In this document: positions 51,894 through 63,699 of the stretch, one piece after another
Numbering within the stretch: position 1 is the stretch's first letter
How the letters are laid out: the number at the start of each line of letters is the position of its first letter
NCBI RefSeq assembly: GCF_963921235.1
Contig: NC_086107.1
Location: forward strand, 108,254,001 to 108,318,000
Source of the DNA: Mobula hypostoma
Lineage: Eukaryota
Reading direction: 5' to 3'
DNA: 64,000 nucleotides
The notes under the pieces: generated by a model
What the model was told of the DNA's origin: nothing
The model's database searches: none
What the model saw: only the letters and a program-made list of their open reading frames with translations
Program-made: the position numbers and the translations under genes

Positions 51894-53179
51894 CTGTGGA
51901 CAAGGAGCAGTGACTTAAGCAACTTGCTGGCTCAAAGAACAGATTGTGCAGACCAATATGCAGGAGCAGGTTCATAGGACATGCTGGTCCTTTGACGCAA
52001 CTTGCCCAACTAGTCTCACTCAACACACTTCACTTCAGCTTTCCTTTCCACTAACTTCTTTTAAAAATTATTGGCCAAATCAATTAGGGTCAAATCACTT
52101 TTGGACCAGACACTTCACAGCATAATCCGGCGTTCTTAATGTGGGAGACTCGGTTAGCACAATCCCTTTATAGTGCCAGTGATCACCGACCGGCATTCGA
52201 TTCTCACCACTGTCTGCAAGGAGTTCTCACCTCCTCCCCGCAACTGTGTGGGTTTCCTCCGGGTTCATCCTTGCACGTTCCAAACAGATATGGTTACAAT
52301 GGGTTTGCAAAGCTATGCTGGCGTCATTAGTGTGGCGATACTTCCGGGTTGCTCTCAGTGCAATCCTTGCGGATTTTATTCGACAGACACAATGCACCCC
52401 TCTGTATGTTTCAACGGGGATGTGACAAATAAAGCTAATATCTTAAAATTAATTTTTTTTCTGCTCCCACGCACTGGGGCACCAGCAGATGGTAATATTC
52501 TGCTGTCATCTCAGAGGACTAATCTTGATCCATCTTTATATCAACTCCTATACTGCCAACTCACTCAACTGCCTCCGGAGTGACGTGGACCTGCTCCAAT
52601 TCGCATATCGTCACCACAAGTCAACAACAGATACCATTTCATTGGCTCTCCACTGAGCTCCGGAACATCTGGGCAGTGAAGATGCATACATCAGGATGCT
52701 CTTCATTGACCAAAACTCCGAATTCAACACAATCATCCCCCCCAAAACTTACGAGTAAGCTCCTAGACCAGGGTCTTGATACCTTCTGGTCTAACTGGAT
52801 CCTTCACTTCCTCACTTGCAGACCCTAGTCCATTCAGATTGGCAACAGCATTTCTTCCACAATCACAATCAGCACATGTGCACCACAAGGCTGTGTGCTT
52901 ACCCCCCCCCCCCGCTCTACTCACTTTATACTTATGATTGTGTGGCTAAGTAACTTTGAACTTATTTGTTTCCCCATCAACCTTTCTGTGCCTTGCACCA
53001 TCCACCCTCCAATAGTATATAACTTACGTATATGAAAACTTATATAACATATATGAGATTTAGTTTCTTGCAGGTATTTATCAGAAAATAAAGAAATACA
53101 ATGTAATTAAGGAAAAAATCTGTAAAATAAATAAAGACAGAAAAGCAACCAATCAACCAAATTGTGTAAAATGATATAT

Positions 53180-53480
53180 ACGTTAGGAAATATGGTGAAT
53201 ATTGGTAGCTCATATTGAGGGAGTTGTTGTGGTGTTTGATGAGATTAGCATTTAGCTTGCAGACATTCCATCTGCAGTCGAGGTGACATTCTCAGTACAC
53301 ACTTGTTGCTGTTTCTTTCTGAGAGTGCTCGCGTTTATATAGGGCCCCCGTTTACTTGCCTCGGTCCTGATCGGCTACCCCTTTAGGTGACCTTTGAATT
53401 TTGTTGGCTCATCTTTCTTCGGCTCTTAGGGGTTCGTAGATGGAGTCTATGTCAATATATTTGTTGATGGAGTTAACAAA
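53180..53480 (-). mobile_element. Penelope-like (family B) 3' fragment
   Basis: NSINKYIDIDSIYEPLRA; reverse complement of about 56590-56830. Confidence 0.7.
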
Positions 53481-53994
53481 GTGTACAGGGACATCTCTAG
53501 CTGTACTGGCTTCCTCCCATATCCCTAACTCTGTTGTAAGTAAATTGCCCTTTGGACCAGGATGGGTTGTTGCCTTGCAGAGAGAAAGTGGAGATATTCT
53601 CAGAGTTCTTGTGTTGATGTCAACATCAACATCTTTTGCTGTTTTAAGTCGGTATAGAGAGGGACCCCCACTCACATCGGAGGCTTGGTAGGGCATGCAG
53701 AGACACAGTACAGGAGGAAGCCTGTGGTTTCCACACTGTCTTTTTGAAAGACAACATTGGATTAAACCATTCCATGCATCTCAGATCTTACATCAGAGGG
53801 TTTAACATTTCCTCTCGGCTCGGTGTGGGAATCTGCAGCCCTGTTTTCACTTCTGAGTGGGTATATTTTAATGTCAGGATAGCGCCCAGATATAGTATAA
53901 TTGCCTAATAATACAATCATAAATAACGTGCAGAAAATTACAATGATTTCCCGGAGGTCTTTGGTCTCTAACATGAGGCACACGTGCATATCAA

Positions 53995-54565
53995 AGAACA
54001 TAGAACATAGTACAGAGTGAAACAGAACAGGAACAGGCTCTCCGGCTCACAATCTTGACCGAACCAATTAAATTAGTGATCAAATGGCCAACTTAACTAA
54101 TCCCTTCTGCCTACACAATGGCCACATCCTTTAATTTTTCTCATATTCATGTGCCCATCTAAATGTCTTTTAAAAGTCTCCAATGTATCTGCTTCTGCCA
54201 CCATCCCAGGCAGTAGAGTCCAGGCCCTCACCACTCTCTGTGTTAAAAACTTGGCTCTTGCACCTCCTTCGAAATTATCCCCTCTCAGCTTAAATGCATG
54301 GCCTCTGGTGTTAGACATTTCAACCCTTCTCTATCTATGCCTCTCATAATCTTATAAATCTCTATCAGATCTCCCCGCAGCCTCTGCTTTTCCAGAGAAA
54401 ACAACCCAAGTTTGCCCAAACTCTTGCTCTCTAAGACAGGTAGCGTCCTGGTGAACCTCTTCTGCATCCTCTCCAAAGCTTCAACATCCTTCCTACAGTG
54501 GTGTGACCAGAACTGTACGCGTTACTCCAGATGTGGCCTGACTAAAGTTTCATGAAGTTGCAAGC
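53995..54565 (-). mobile_element. CR1 LINE 3' fragment
   Basis: ERMQKRFTR...LRGDLIEIYKIMRGID, TRGHAFKL. Confidence 0.8.
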
Positions 54566-54609
54566 TGAGTTGCACATGTGACCTCCATGTTAGTCACCTA
54601 CCAAGTGAT

Positions 54610-55375
54610 AAACACAAGAGATGCTGCAGATGCTGGAATTGCAGAGCACACAAAATGCTAGAGGAATTCAGCAGGTCAGGCAGCATCTACGGAGAAGAAT
54701 AAACATTCGACGCTTTGGGCCAAGACCCCTTATCAAGGCCGGAAAGGATAGGGGAAGGAGCCAGAATAAGAAGGTGGGAGGAGGGGAAGGAGTACGAGAT
54801 GGTGAAGCCAGGTGAGGGGGGGAGGGTAGGTGAGCATGGAGCGAAGGTGAAGTGCGAAGGAGGGAGGTGATAGTAAAATGTAAAGGCCTGAAGAAGAAGG
54901 AATCTGACAGGACAGGAGTGGCCCGTGAGTTAAAGGGAAGAACAAGAAAATCTGCACATGTGGGAAATCCAAGCAACACACACACACACACACACAAAAT
55001 GCTGGAGGAACCCAGCAGGTCAGGCAGCACTTATGGGAAAGAGTAACCAGTCAACGTTTCGAACTGAAACCCTTCATCAGGACTGGAAAACCAAGATGAG
55101 AAGTTAGAGCAAGATGGCGGGGGGAGGGGAGGAAGAAGTGCAAGGTGGCAGGTGATAGGTGAAACCAGGAGAGGGGGAGGGGTGAGGTAAAGAGCTGAGA
55201 AGCTGATTGGTGAAGGAGATAAAGAGCTGGAGAAGGTGGAATCTGATAGGAGAGGACAGAAGAAAGGGAAGGGGGACGAGCACCAGAGGGAGGTGATGGG
55301 CAGGTAAGAAGATAAGGTGAGAGGGGAAAATGGGAATGAAGGAAGGGTGAAGGGTGGGGTGGGTCAATTACCATG
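54610..55375 (-). mobile_element. Tandem pair of Penelope-like (family A) 3' terminal repeats
   Basis: Two head-to-tail copies (about 54610-54940 and 54940-55375) of the terminal unit plus UTR. Confidence 0.7.
55048..55085 (-). ncRNA. Minimal type I hammerhead ribozyme motif with intact core, on the CACNA1I sense strand
   Basis: CAGTC-CTGATGA-A-GGG-tttcag-TTC-GAAA-CGTT-GACTG: perfect 5-bp stem I, stem II with G-C and G-U pairs, GUU site. Confidence 0.7.
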
Positions 55376-56359
55376 GCAATCCCACAGACCTCTTGCTTTA
55401 GGATATCAACAAAAGGTTTGGAATCCCTGCTGTAAAGGTTAGTGTTTAAAGCATATTCTTAATTACTCTTAAACTGAGTGGTTCTCTAGAATATTTCAGT
55501 AAGTATTTTAGAGTCAATGACCTGGAGTAGCTCAAAATATAGGAGAGAGCAGTTAAGGAAAGCAGATATTATTCTCTGATGAGCAGCAATGAGCCATCTG
55601 GGCTTTATAACTGTCTGGCAGTTTAAGTGGTCATTATTGCTAAGATTAGTTGCTGTTGCTCCAGGTTATAAACCTGAATTTAAATTCCACAGTTGCTGTG
55701 GTGGGTGTTGCCTGCTTGCGGCTGCCTGGTGGGGTGGCATTGGAGTCGGGTGCTTCGCCGGAGTGACGGGGATGGTGTGGCGCGGCATCCATGCCGAAGC
55801 CGGTGCTGCCCCCCAGTGGCTGCTCGGCAGAAGGCAAGCTGTATTGTGTTCGACTGCAGACTGTTGCAACATTCATGGACTCAGGGACTAGTACAAAATT
55901 TTTGTTGTGTGACCGTATTTTACTGATCTCTTATATGTGCCTTGTGCTGTGGATGACTGTTGATACTGTGTCTTGCACCTTGGCCCTGGAGTAAGGTTGT
56001 TTTGTCTGGCCATATTCATGGGTATTCATATATGGTACAATTAAACTCCGACTCTGTATAACCAGCAATTTAACTACAGGGGCACCACTATACTGAATGA
56101 GTGAACAGAGAACATAGAACAGTATGAGCTCTTCAGCCCACAATGTTGTGCCAACTATATAAATCTACACCAAGATCAATCTAACCTTTCCCTCTTACAT
56201 AGCCCATAACCCTCCATTTTTCTTATATCCAGCTAGAGTCTCTTCAATGTCCCTGTTATCAGCCTCTACCCCCAACCTCTACATTGAGTCTCAGGTACCC
56301 ACCGCTCCCTCTACAAGAACTTTAGTGTCGAAGATTAAGGGTAGTTCCAAGATAAGGTG

Positions 56360-56832
56360 CAGTTAGGATGTTGGTGAATATTGGTAGCTCAGGTTGAGGC
56401 GTTTGAAGTTGCAGTATTTGTCCAGCTTGGCAATTAACTTGGGAACACAAATTGCTGGTGCAGAGACACTGTTGCTGATCTAGGTACGTGAAGACCGAGA
56501 AGGACGCCACTTTTACTGGGACACCATGAAGGTTCTGGTGCAGGCAAATTCGAAACAAGCACAAGAATTTTCAGAAGCGTGGTTGTCGTCTGATAACTCC
56601 ATAAACAAACATATCGAAATAGATGCCATCTACGAACCCCCTAAGAGCCAAAGAAATGCAAGCCAATAGAATTCGAAGGTCAACTGAAGGGGTAGCCAAT
56701 CAGGACCAAGGCAAACAAATGGGAGCTATATAAGTGTGAGCAGTCTCAGAGAGAAACACCAACAACTGCGCACTGAAGATGCCATCTTGTCTGGTGAGCT
56801 AATTGCCAAGCTCGATGAACACCGCAACATCA
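56360..56832 (+). mobile_element. Penelope-like (family B) 3' fragment with a short inverted end
   Basis: EDREGRHFYWDTMKVLVQANSKQAQEFSEAWLSSDNSINKHIEIDAIYEP (GIY-YIG C-terminus); CTGAAGATG core remnant near 56772. Confidence 0.7.
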
Positions 56833-57907
56833 AAGGAGCAGTCATTTAAAACTGAGGGTGTAGAAATATCCTATCACAGAGAGTGATAACTCTCAGGAAT
56901 TCTCTGCTGTAGATAGTTATGGGGCTTGCTCATTAGAAGTATCTACAGTGGAGGTAAAAGATTGGGAATTGAGGGCTTTGGGGATCTGGAATAGAAGAGA
57001 ACTTGAGGCCAGAATAGATCAGCCATGATCATACTGAAAAGCAAGACAGGCTTGAGGGCTGAGCTGCCTCCTGCTTCTGTTTTCATGTTCTCTGTTGCTC
57101 AAAGGAGGGACTGCTGTTCGTTTCACCCAGAACAACTATATGCCTTTTCTGCGAGGGCCAGGCAGCATCTGTGGAAGAAAGTAAACAGTTGATGTTTCGG
57201 GCTGAGACTCTTCATCATGTCTCAGCCTGAAACGCCAACTGTTTATTCATTTCCATACCTGCTGCCTGACCTATTGAGTTCCTCTAGCATTTTGTGCTTG
57301 CTGCTTTGGATTTCCAGCATCTGCAGGTTTTCTGGTACATGCCTATTCTGCTGTTCAGGACTGGGAAATTCAAAGGCAAATTCCATCACTCACCTTCCAA
57401 ACACCTGGCCTCCTCCAGCTCCATGATACAAACTTCACCTGCCCCCCCCCCACCAACTGATCTCCAGCCTTCCATTCACCCCCATCTCCCTGATCAACTC
57501 TGAGCTCTTATACTTGATCATCAATCACTCCCAGCCTTCTCCAACACGTATGGAGAGAAACTGTTCCTGTTACGGGTCATACAGGCAATCTGGGAACCTC
57601 AACTTGATCAGGAGACAAATCTCAACCCTGCAACTTGGAAATCTGAATCAAAATTATTCAAAAATATAGAATAAAAAACAATATTGGTCTTGGTATACTG
57701 AGTACATGTTCTATTTGTTTTGCAAAAGTTTTAGTTCTTAAGGCGCAGTATAATTCACATGATTGTTCTCCGTTGGTATAATCTCCTTCCTCTACAACCA
57801 AGAGCAGGTGATACAATGTGGAAGTGTCTTTTTAAAGAGGGGCCCGCAGCAACAGCTACACAAGGCACATAGAGCTATAGGTTTCTTTACAACGTTGGAA
57901 TACTTAC

Positions 57908-58000
57908 AATGATTAGTAGGATAAAGTAAATGAAGTTGTAGAAGGAATGTGCGTCCATCACATAGTACATGATTTCAACCCAACCTTCCAGGGTGATAAC
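57908..58000 (-). CDS. CACNA1I: CACNA1I coding exon, 93 nt, domain I selectivity filter and start of IS6 (about human exon 7)
   Basis: Not in the ORF track. Acceptor ttttgacag|GTT; translates [31 protein letters not shown]; donor ATT|gtaagta; phase 0/0. Confidence 0.97.
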
Positions 58001-58065
58001 CTGTCAAAATATTAAGAGTGGGATTATCTTTGTTCATCACATGTACATCAAAGTATCAAAACATA

Positions 58066-58568
58066 CACTCAATGGCCAATTTATTAGGTTGCACTTGTAC
58101 ACCTGCTCGTTAATGCAAATATCTAATTGGCCAATCACATTGCAGCAACTCAATGCATAAAAGCATGCAGACATGCTCAAGAGGTTCAGTTGTTGTTCAG
58201 AACAAACATCAGTGACCTTGACAGTGGCAGGTTTGCTGGTGTCAGACGGGGTGGTTCGAGTATCGCAGAAACTGCTGATTTTCATGCACAACAGTCTCCA
58301 GAGATGAGAGAATGGTGTGAAAAGCAAAAAAAATCCAGTGAGCGGCAGTTCTGTGGGTGAAAACACTAATGAGAGAAGTCAGAGGAGAATGGCCAGACTG
58401 GTTCAAGCTGACAGGAAGGCGACAGTAACTCAAATAGCCATGTGTTACAACAGTGGTGTGCAGAAGAGCATCTCTGAATGCACAAGTTGATCCTTGAATT
58501 GGATGGGCTACAGCAGCAGAAGATCACACTGGGTTCCCCTCCTGTGCTTAATAACGTGGCCTCTGCAC
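58066..58568 (+). mobile_element. Tc1-like non-autonomous DNA transposon, copy 4
   Basis: TIR and HTH remnant; ends about 65 nt from the exon acceptor at 58001. Confidence 0.8.
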
Positions 58569-58879
58569 ATATGTCATTTATGTCAACGATCAACACAGTC
58601 CGGAGATATGTTTGAGGCAGCCTGTAAGTGTTGCCATGTTTCTGGCACCAAAAAAGCATGCCCAAAACTTATTAACCTTAGCTTGTAAGTCTTTTTGGAA
58701 TGTGGGAGGAAACTGGAGTACCCAGAGGAAACTCACATGCCAAGAATGTACAAACTCCTTACAGAAAGCCACAGGAATTGGACCTCGATCAATTCTACAG
58801 CTGGTGGAGTAAAACGTTTAACTAACCCCTAAGCTACCAAGGAAAGCTATATTAACATCTAAGCTGTGTTACTTCCGTG

Positions 58880-59680
58880 GAGAAGAAGCTGAACATCAAC
58901 GACCCCTCCGTAGAGATCGTTAAGAGCACCAAATTTCTTGGTGTTCACCTGGCGGAGAATCTCACTTGGTCCCTCAGCACCAGCTCCATAGCAAAGAAAG
59001 TCCAGTAGCGTCTCTACTTTCGCAAAGGCTGAGAAAAGTCCATCCCCCACCCCCCCATCCTCACCACGTTCTACAGAGGTTGTACTGAGAGCATCCTGAG
59101 CAGCTGCATCACGGCCTGGTTCAGAAATTGCACCATCCCGGATCGCAAGGCCCTGCAGTGGATAGTGAGGTCAGCTGAGAAGATCATCGGGGTCTCTCTT
59201 CCCGCCATTACAGACATTTACACCACACGCTGCATCCGCAAAGCAAACAGCATTATGAAGGACCCCACGCACCCCTCATACAAACTCTTCTCCCTCCTGC
59301 CATCTGGGCAAAAGGCACCAAAGCATTCAGGCTCTCATGACCAGACTATGTAACAGTTTCTTCCCCCACGCCATCAGACTCCTCAATACCCAGAGCCTGG
59401 CTTGACACCAACCTACTGCCCTCTACTTTGCCTACTGTCTTGTTTATTATTTATGATTATTTATTGTAATGCCTGCACTGTTTTGTGCACTTTATGCAGT
59501 CCTGGATAGGTCTGTAGTCTAGTGTAGTTTTTGTGTTTTTTTCTTACATAGTTCAGTGTAGTTTTTGCATTGTTTCATGTAGCACCATGGTCCTGGAAAA
59601 GGTTGTCTCATTTCTACTATGTTCTGTACCAGCAGTTATGGTTGAAATGACAATAAAAAATGACTTTGACTTGACTTGAT
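58880..59680 (+). mobile_element. Rex1/L2-type LINE 3' fragment
   Basis: TKFLGVHL...RSAEKIIGVSLP...KDPTHPSYKLFSLLPSG; (ACTTG)n tail. Confidence 0.8.
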
Positions 59681-60289
59681 CTTCTGCAAACCCAGGTTAT
59701 TTATTGTCAGTGTGCCATAGAAGGAGGCCAATCGGCCCATTGTGAATTCTAGCAGAGCAATCTCATTGGTCCCAGTACGTACGTCTAACTCCTCTATTGT
59801 CTGGCAACTTATTCTCTCTCATGTGCTGATCAAATCCTCCCTCGGGTTCTTCTGACAGCCGCTGACACTACGGTAAACTGTAAACCAACCAGTTTGCCTC
59901 TGGAGTGTGGGAGAAAACAGCAGAATCCTGTATAAACCCAAACTGTAACCGGGAGAAAATCAAATTCCACACAGGCAGCATCAGAGCACAAGAGTGAACC
60001 TGCATCTCTGAGTTGAGATGCCTGCCACATCGCTTCACCACGTAAGCTGCATTGTGAGTTTTTGGAGAGGGAAACTCATTGGGGTGAGACTATCCAGATG
60101 GTCTAGGAGCTTGGAATCCCATCAGAGCAATTGAGGAAATTTCTTGTAGCACTGCTAACTTATTCTCTCCCACACGCCTATCACCCACCTACACTAGAGT
60201 TAACTCGCAGCTGCCAATTGATCTCCCAATACAGCACTGAGATGTGGGAGGAGACTGAGAGATCAGGCGCAAACTCACAGAGTTTGCCA

Positions 60290-60825
60290 TGTGGAAAACA
60301 CAGACACTTCATTTTGGCACTGGGGGATCAGGGTCAAACACACATGGTCACAGGGAAACACGGACACTTCACACCAGCACTGGGAGATCTCTGGGAAACC
60401 TACAGGGTCACAAGAAGAGCATGGTCACTTCACACGGACACTGGGAGATCCGGGAGAGAACCACACGGTCACTGGGAAAAAAAATAGACACTTCACACTG
60501 ACACTAGGAGACCAGGGGGAGAACTGCACGGTCACAGGGAAAAAAAAAATGGACACTTCACACTGACACTGGAAGATCGGGAACAAACTTATGTGGTCAC
60601 AGGGAGACAATGGATACTTTTCTCAGGCACTGGAAGGTCAGAGGGACACTCACAGGATCACAGGAAGAACATGAACACTTCACACCAGTACTAGAGCATC
60701 AGGGGGAGAATCACAGGGTCAGAAGGAAAGCATAGACACTTCACACAACAATGGGAGATCTGGGGAGAACCATAGGGACACAGGGATACAATGGACACTT
60801 CACTCTGACATTGGAGGATCTTGAT
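60290..60825. repeat. Degenerate tandem repeat of about 60 bp, about 9 units, derived from a V-SINE segment
   Basis: GGTCACAGGG...GACACTTCACAC...ACTGGGAGATC recurs every 59-65 bp. Confidence 0.8.
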
Positions 60826-60869
60826 ATTGATCCATGGCATAAAAAATGTCTAGGAACTCTACAAAATGT

Positions 60870-61116
60870 TGTGCGAGAAAATCCCAGGAAATCAGCAATT
60901 CCTGAGATACTCAAACCACCCCATCTGGCACCAACAGTCAAAGTCACTTAGATCACATTTTTTTCCCATCCTGATGTTTAGTCTGAAAAACAACTGAACC
61001 TCTTGACCATGTCTGCATGCTTTTATGCATTGAGTTGCTGCCACATGATTGGCTGATTAGATATTTGTATTAAAAAGCAGGTCTACAGGTGTACTTAATA
61101 AAGTGGTCATTGAGTG
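60870..61116 (-). mobile_element. Tc1-like element, partial copy 5
   Basis: Left TIR and VGARWGGLSISGIADFLGFSRTT on the minus strand. Confidence 0.8.
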
Positions 61117-62869
61117 TAGGTCTGGAAGGGATGAATACAGAAAGGATGAAAAATTTAAGATTTTCTTATGAGAACAAATAAATTGGATGTCACTCTTCAA
61201 AAAAAGGCTCACCCATCTTAAGAGAGTTAGGCTGACTTTTTCGCTCTTTTTTGGGTTATGAGGGTCTTTTGGTGCCCTCTCCCTCGAAGGGTGGCAGAGA
61301 TTGATAAGTGAGGAGGGTGCAAGGTTACCCAGGGCAGTTGGGAATGATGTGGGGTGGGGGTGTGGTAATGGCTATAATTTTGTTGAATGTCATAGGTCTG
61401 CAAGAGGACCACAACTTTGTCCTGGTCTGGAGGCTCGATTGCAATGACCGGAAGGGCTATGTTGGCTGGAGTTAGGGATTTGTGCATTGGCGCTAAGTAT
61501 GGTCAGCCATGCCAAACAGGTCAAAGGGTAGAGGACAGTCTACCGGTCCTCCGGGTTGAGGAGTTCAGCTCAGGGTTAACAAACCTGACTGGTAAAACGA
61601 AACTGTCACAGAAACAGCAAGGAAGAATCCTACCTCTGAGTGAGCTGGTATTCCTGAGTCTCCACCTGGGACTTGCACAACTGACCGTAGTGGGAACTAA
61701 GAGGAAGCTACTGACATGAAGAAGGAAGACCTGAACACCGCTGGAGCTGGAGGACCTTCACTGCTGCCCTAAATGCCAGCGAAGTAATGGGCAGTGAGCA
61801 AGTCAGAAGGTCAGAGCGGGCCCCTGAGACTGAGTTGTGCCCCTAAAGGGTACGTTGGTAAATCGATCCTCAGTTGCTTTGTGTGAGCATGCAGTGCTAG
61901 ACTGAAGCACTCTATATAGATGAAGTTTAGACGTGGGCGTTAAATCTCACCATTACATGGCTGTTCAATTGGTTTAAATAAATGAGGGAAGAATGTTAAC
62001 CTTCCATGCTTCTATAGTCTCCTACACAAAAAAAACAAAATATTAATTCAGCTACGAGACTAAAATGGTTATAGCTGGGGGTTGTAATGGGGTCAAGCTC
62101 CCACTACCTAGAAAAATGCTCCCAATGGTGTGTGCCTCAAACAGTTCCTGGCCTTCATGTGTGGCTTAGCTACTAAGCCCAACGGAATCGTTCCTACCGA
62201 CAGGGCGAAGGTGGGTTACTGGCGCCTTAAAACCAGTCACTTCAGGCAGATAGGGCTCATCGGCCGTAGTTGGGAAGTCATCGAGGAGAAGGAAAACTCT
62301 GATCTCAAACCTCCGCTGCCTTGTGGCTATAGCCACTCGTGGGGGAAGGCTTTGGGAGCAAACGGCAAGGAAAAGTCCCAGAGCTGGAGTCCCTAAGGCA
62401 GTCCTATGTTGAGTTCAACGCTGACTGGCAGCTCCTGCGACGCCGCTGGTCAGTGCATCTGTCTCTGCCGACACTTTGGATTCATCAGCTGCATGGAGAG
62501 GGAGAGCTTGCTACATGGACAACAGCTTGCTTTTCATCTCGTACTCCCATGGCTTGCATATCTAGACAGCCAGGACGTAACATCTATGGTTGACCCTGAC
62601 CAATGGAGGCTTCACCAAAACAGCTAATGTAAGTTGAATTTGGTTAAAGTAAATTCATCATCTAAACCAAGCCATCTACTTGTAGCTACCATCAGGCTGG
62701 AGGGTCAGAAACCTGAAGGCCCATACCACCTTCAACCATTTGGTTCCTGAACCAACTGGTACAACCTTAATCACTATCTCTGTACCACAACACCGTGAAC
62801 ACTTTGTAGAACAAAGGACATTTTAAAATTGTGTTCCAATTGTGTTCCTTCTTGTATAACTTATGGTTT

Positions 62870-63395
62870 CTTCTAGGGTGCATCACAACCTGGTATGGAA
62901 GTTATCCTGTCCAAGACCGGAAGAAGCTGCAGAAGATCATGAACACAGCCCAGCACATCACACAAACCAATCTTCCGTCCTTGGACTCACTTTACACCGC
63001 ACACTGTCGGAGCAGGGCGGCCAGGATAATCAAGGACACGACCCACCCGGCCAACACACTTTTCGTCCCTCTTCCCTCCGGGAGAAGGCTCAGGAGCTTG
63101 AAGGCTCGTACAGCCAGATTTGGGAACAGCTTCTTTCCAACTGTGATAAGACTGCTGAACGGATCCTGACACGGATCTGGGCCGTACCCTCCAAATATCT
63201 GGACCTGCCTCTCGGTTTTTTTGCACTAGCTTACTTTCCATTTTTCTATTTTCTATTTATGATTTATAATTTAAATTTTTAATATTTACTATCGATTTGT
63301 AATCCAGGGAGCGGGAAGCGCAGAATCAAATATCGCTGTGATGATTGTACGTTCTAGTATCAATTGTTTGGCGACAATAAAGTATAAAGTAAAGT
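62870..63395 (+). mobile_element. Rex1/L2-type LINE, 5'-truncated, young copy
   Basis: Near-identical to the 3' part of 31760-32628. Confidence 0.85.
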
Positions 63396-63699
63396 ACTTT
63401 ATGTTTTCTTGTGAATGTTGTGCCTCTGATGCTATCTACCTGCAATGTGGGTTATCCAATGCACCTACTGTGCATATGAGTACAGTACTTGTGCGGATGT
63501 CGATAAACTTAACCTCGACTTTAAAATGGCATCGCCCACCAAGCAATCGGGGCAGAATGGGTTGAACCTCTCAGTGTTATCTGAGCTCTGTCAAATTTCA
63601 GAACAGCTTAGATGGGTAATTCTGGATAAGATTCAACTAGGACATTGATGGAGAAGACTGGTGGTTTATGGGTATGAGGGGCATGAACTCCATTAATAC

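Noticed and set aside
51483..51977. Plus-strand ORFs over the exons (also 1649-1996 and 34362-34697)
   Set aside because: Antisense shadows of GC-rich CACNA1I exons.
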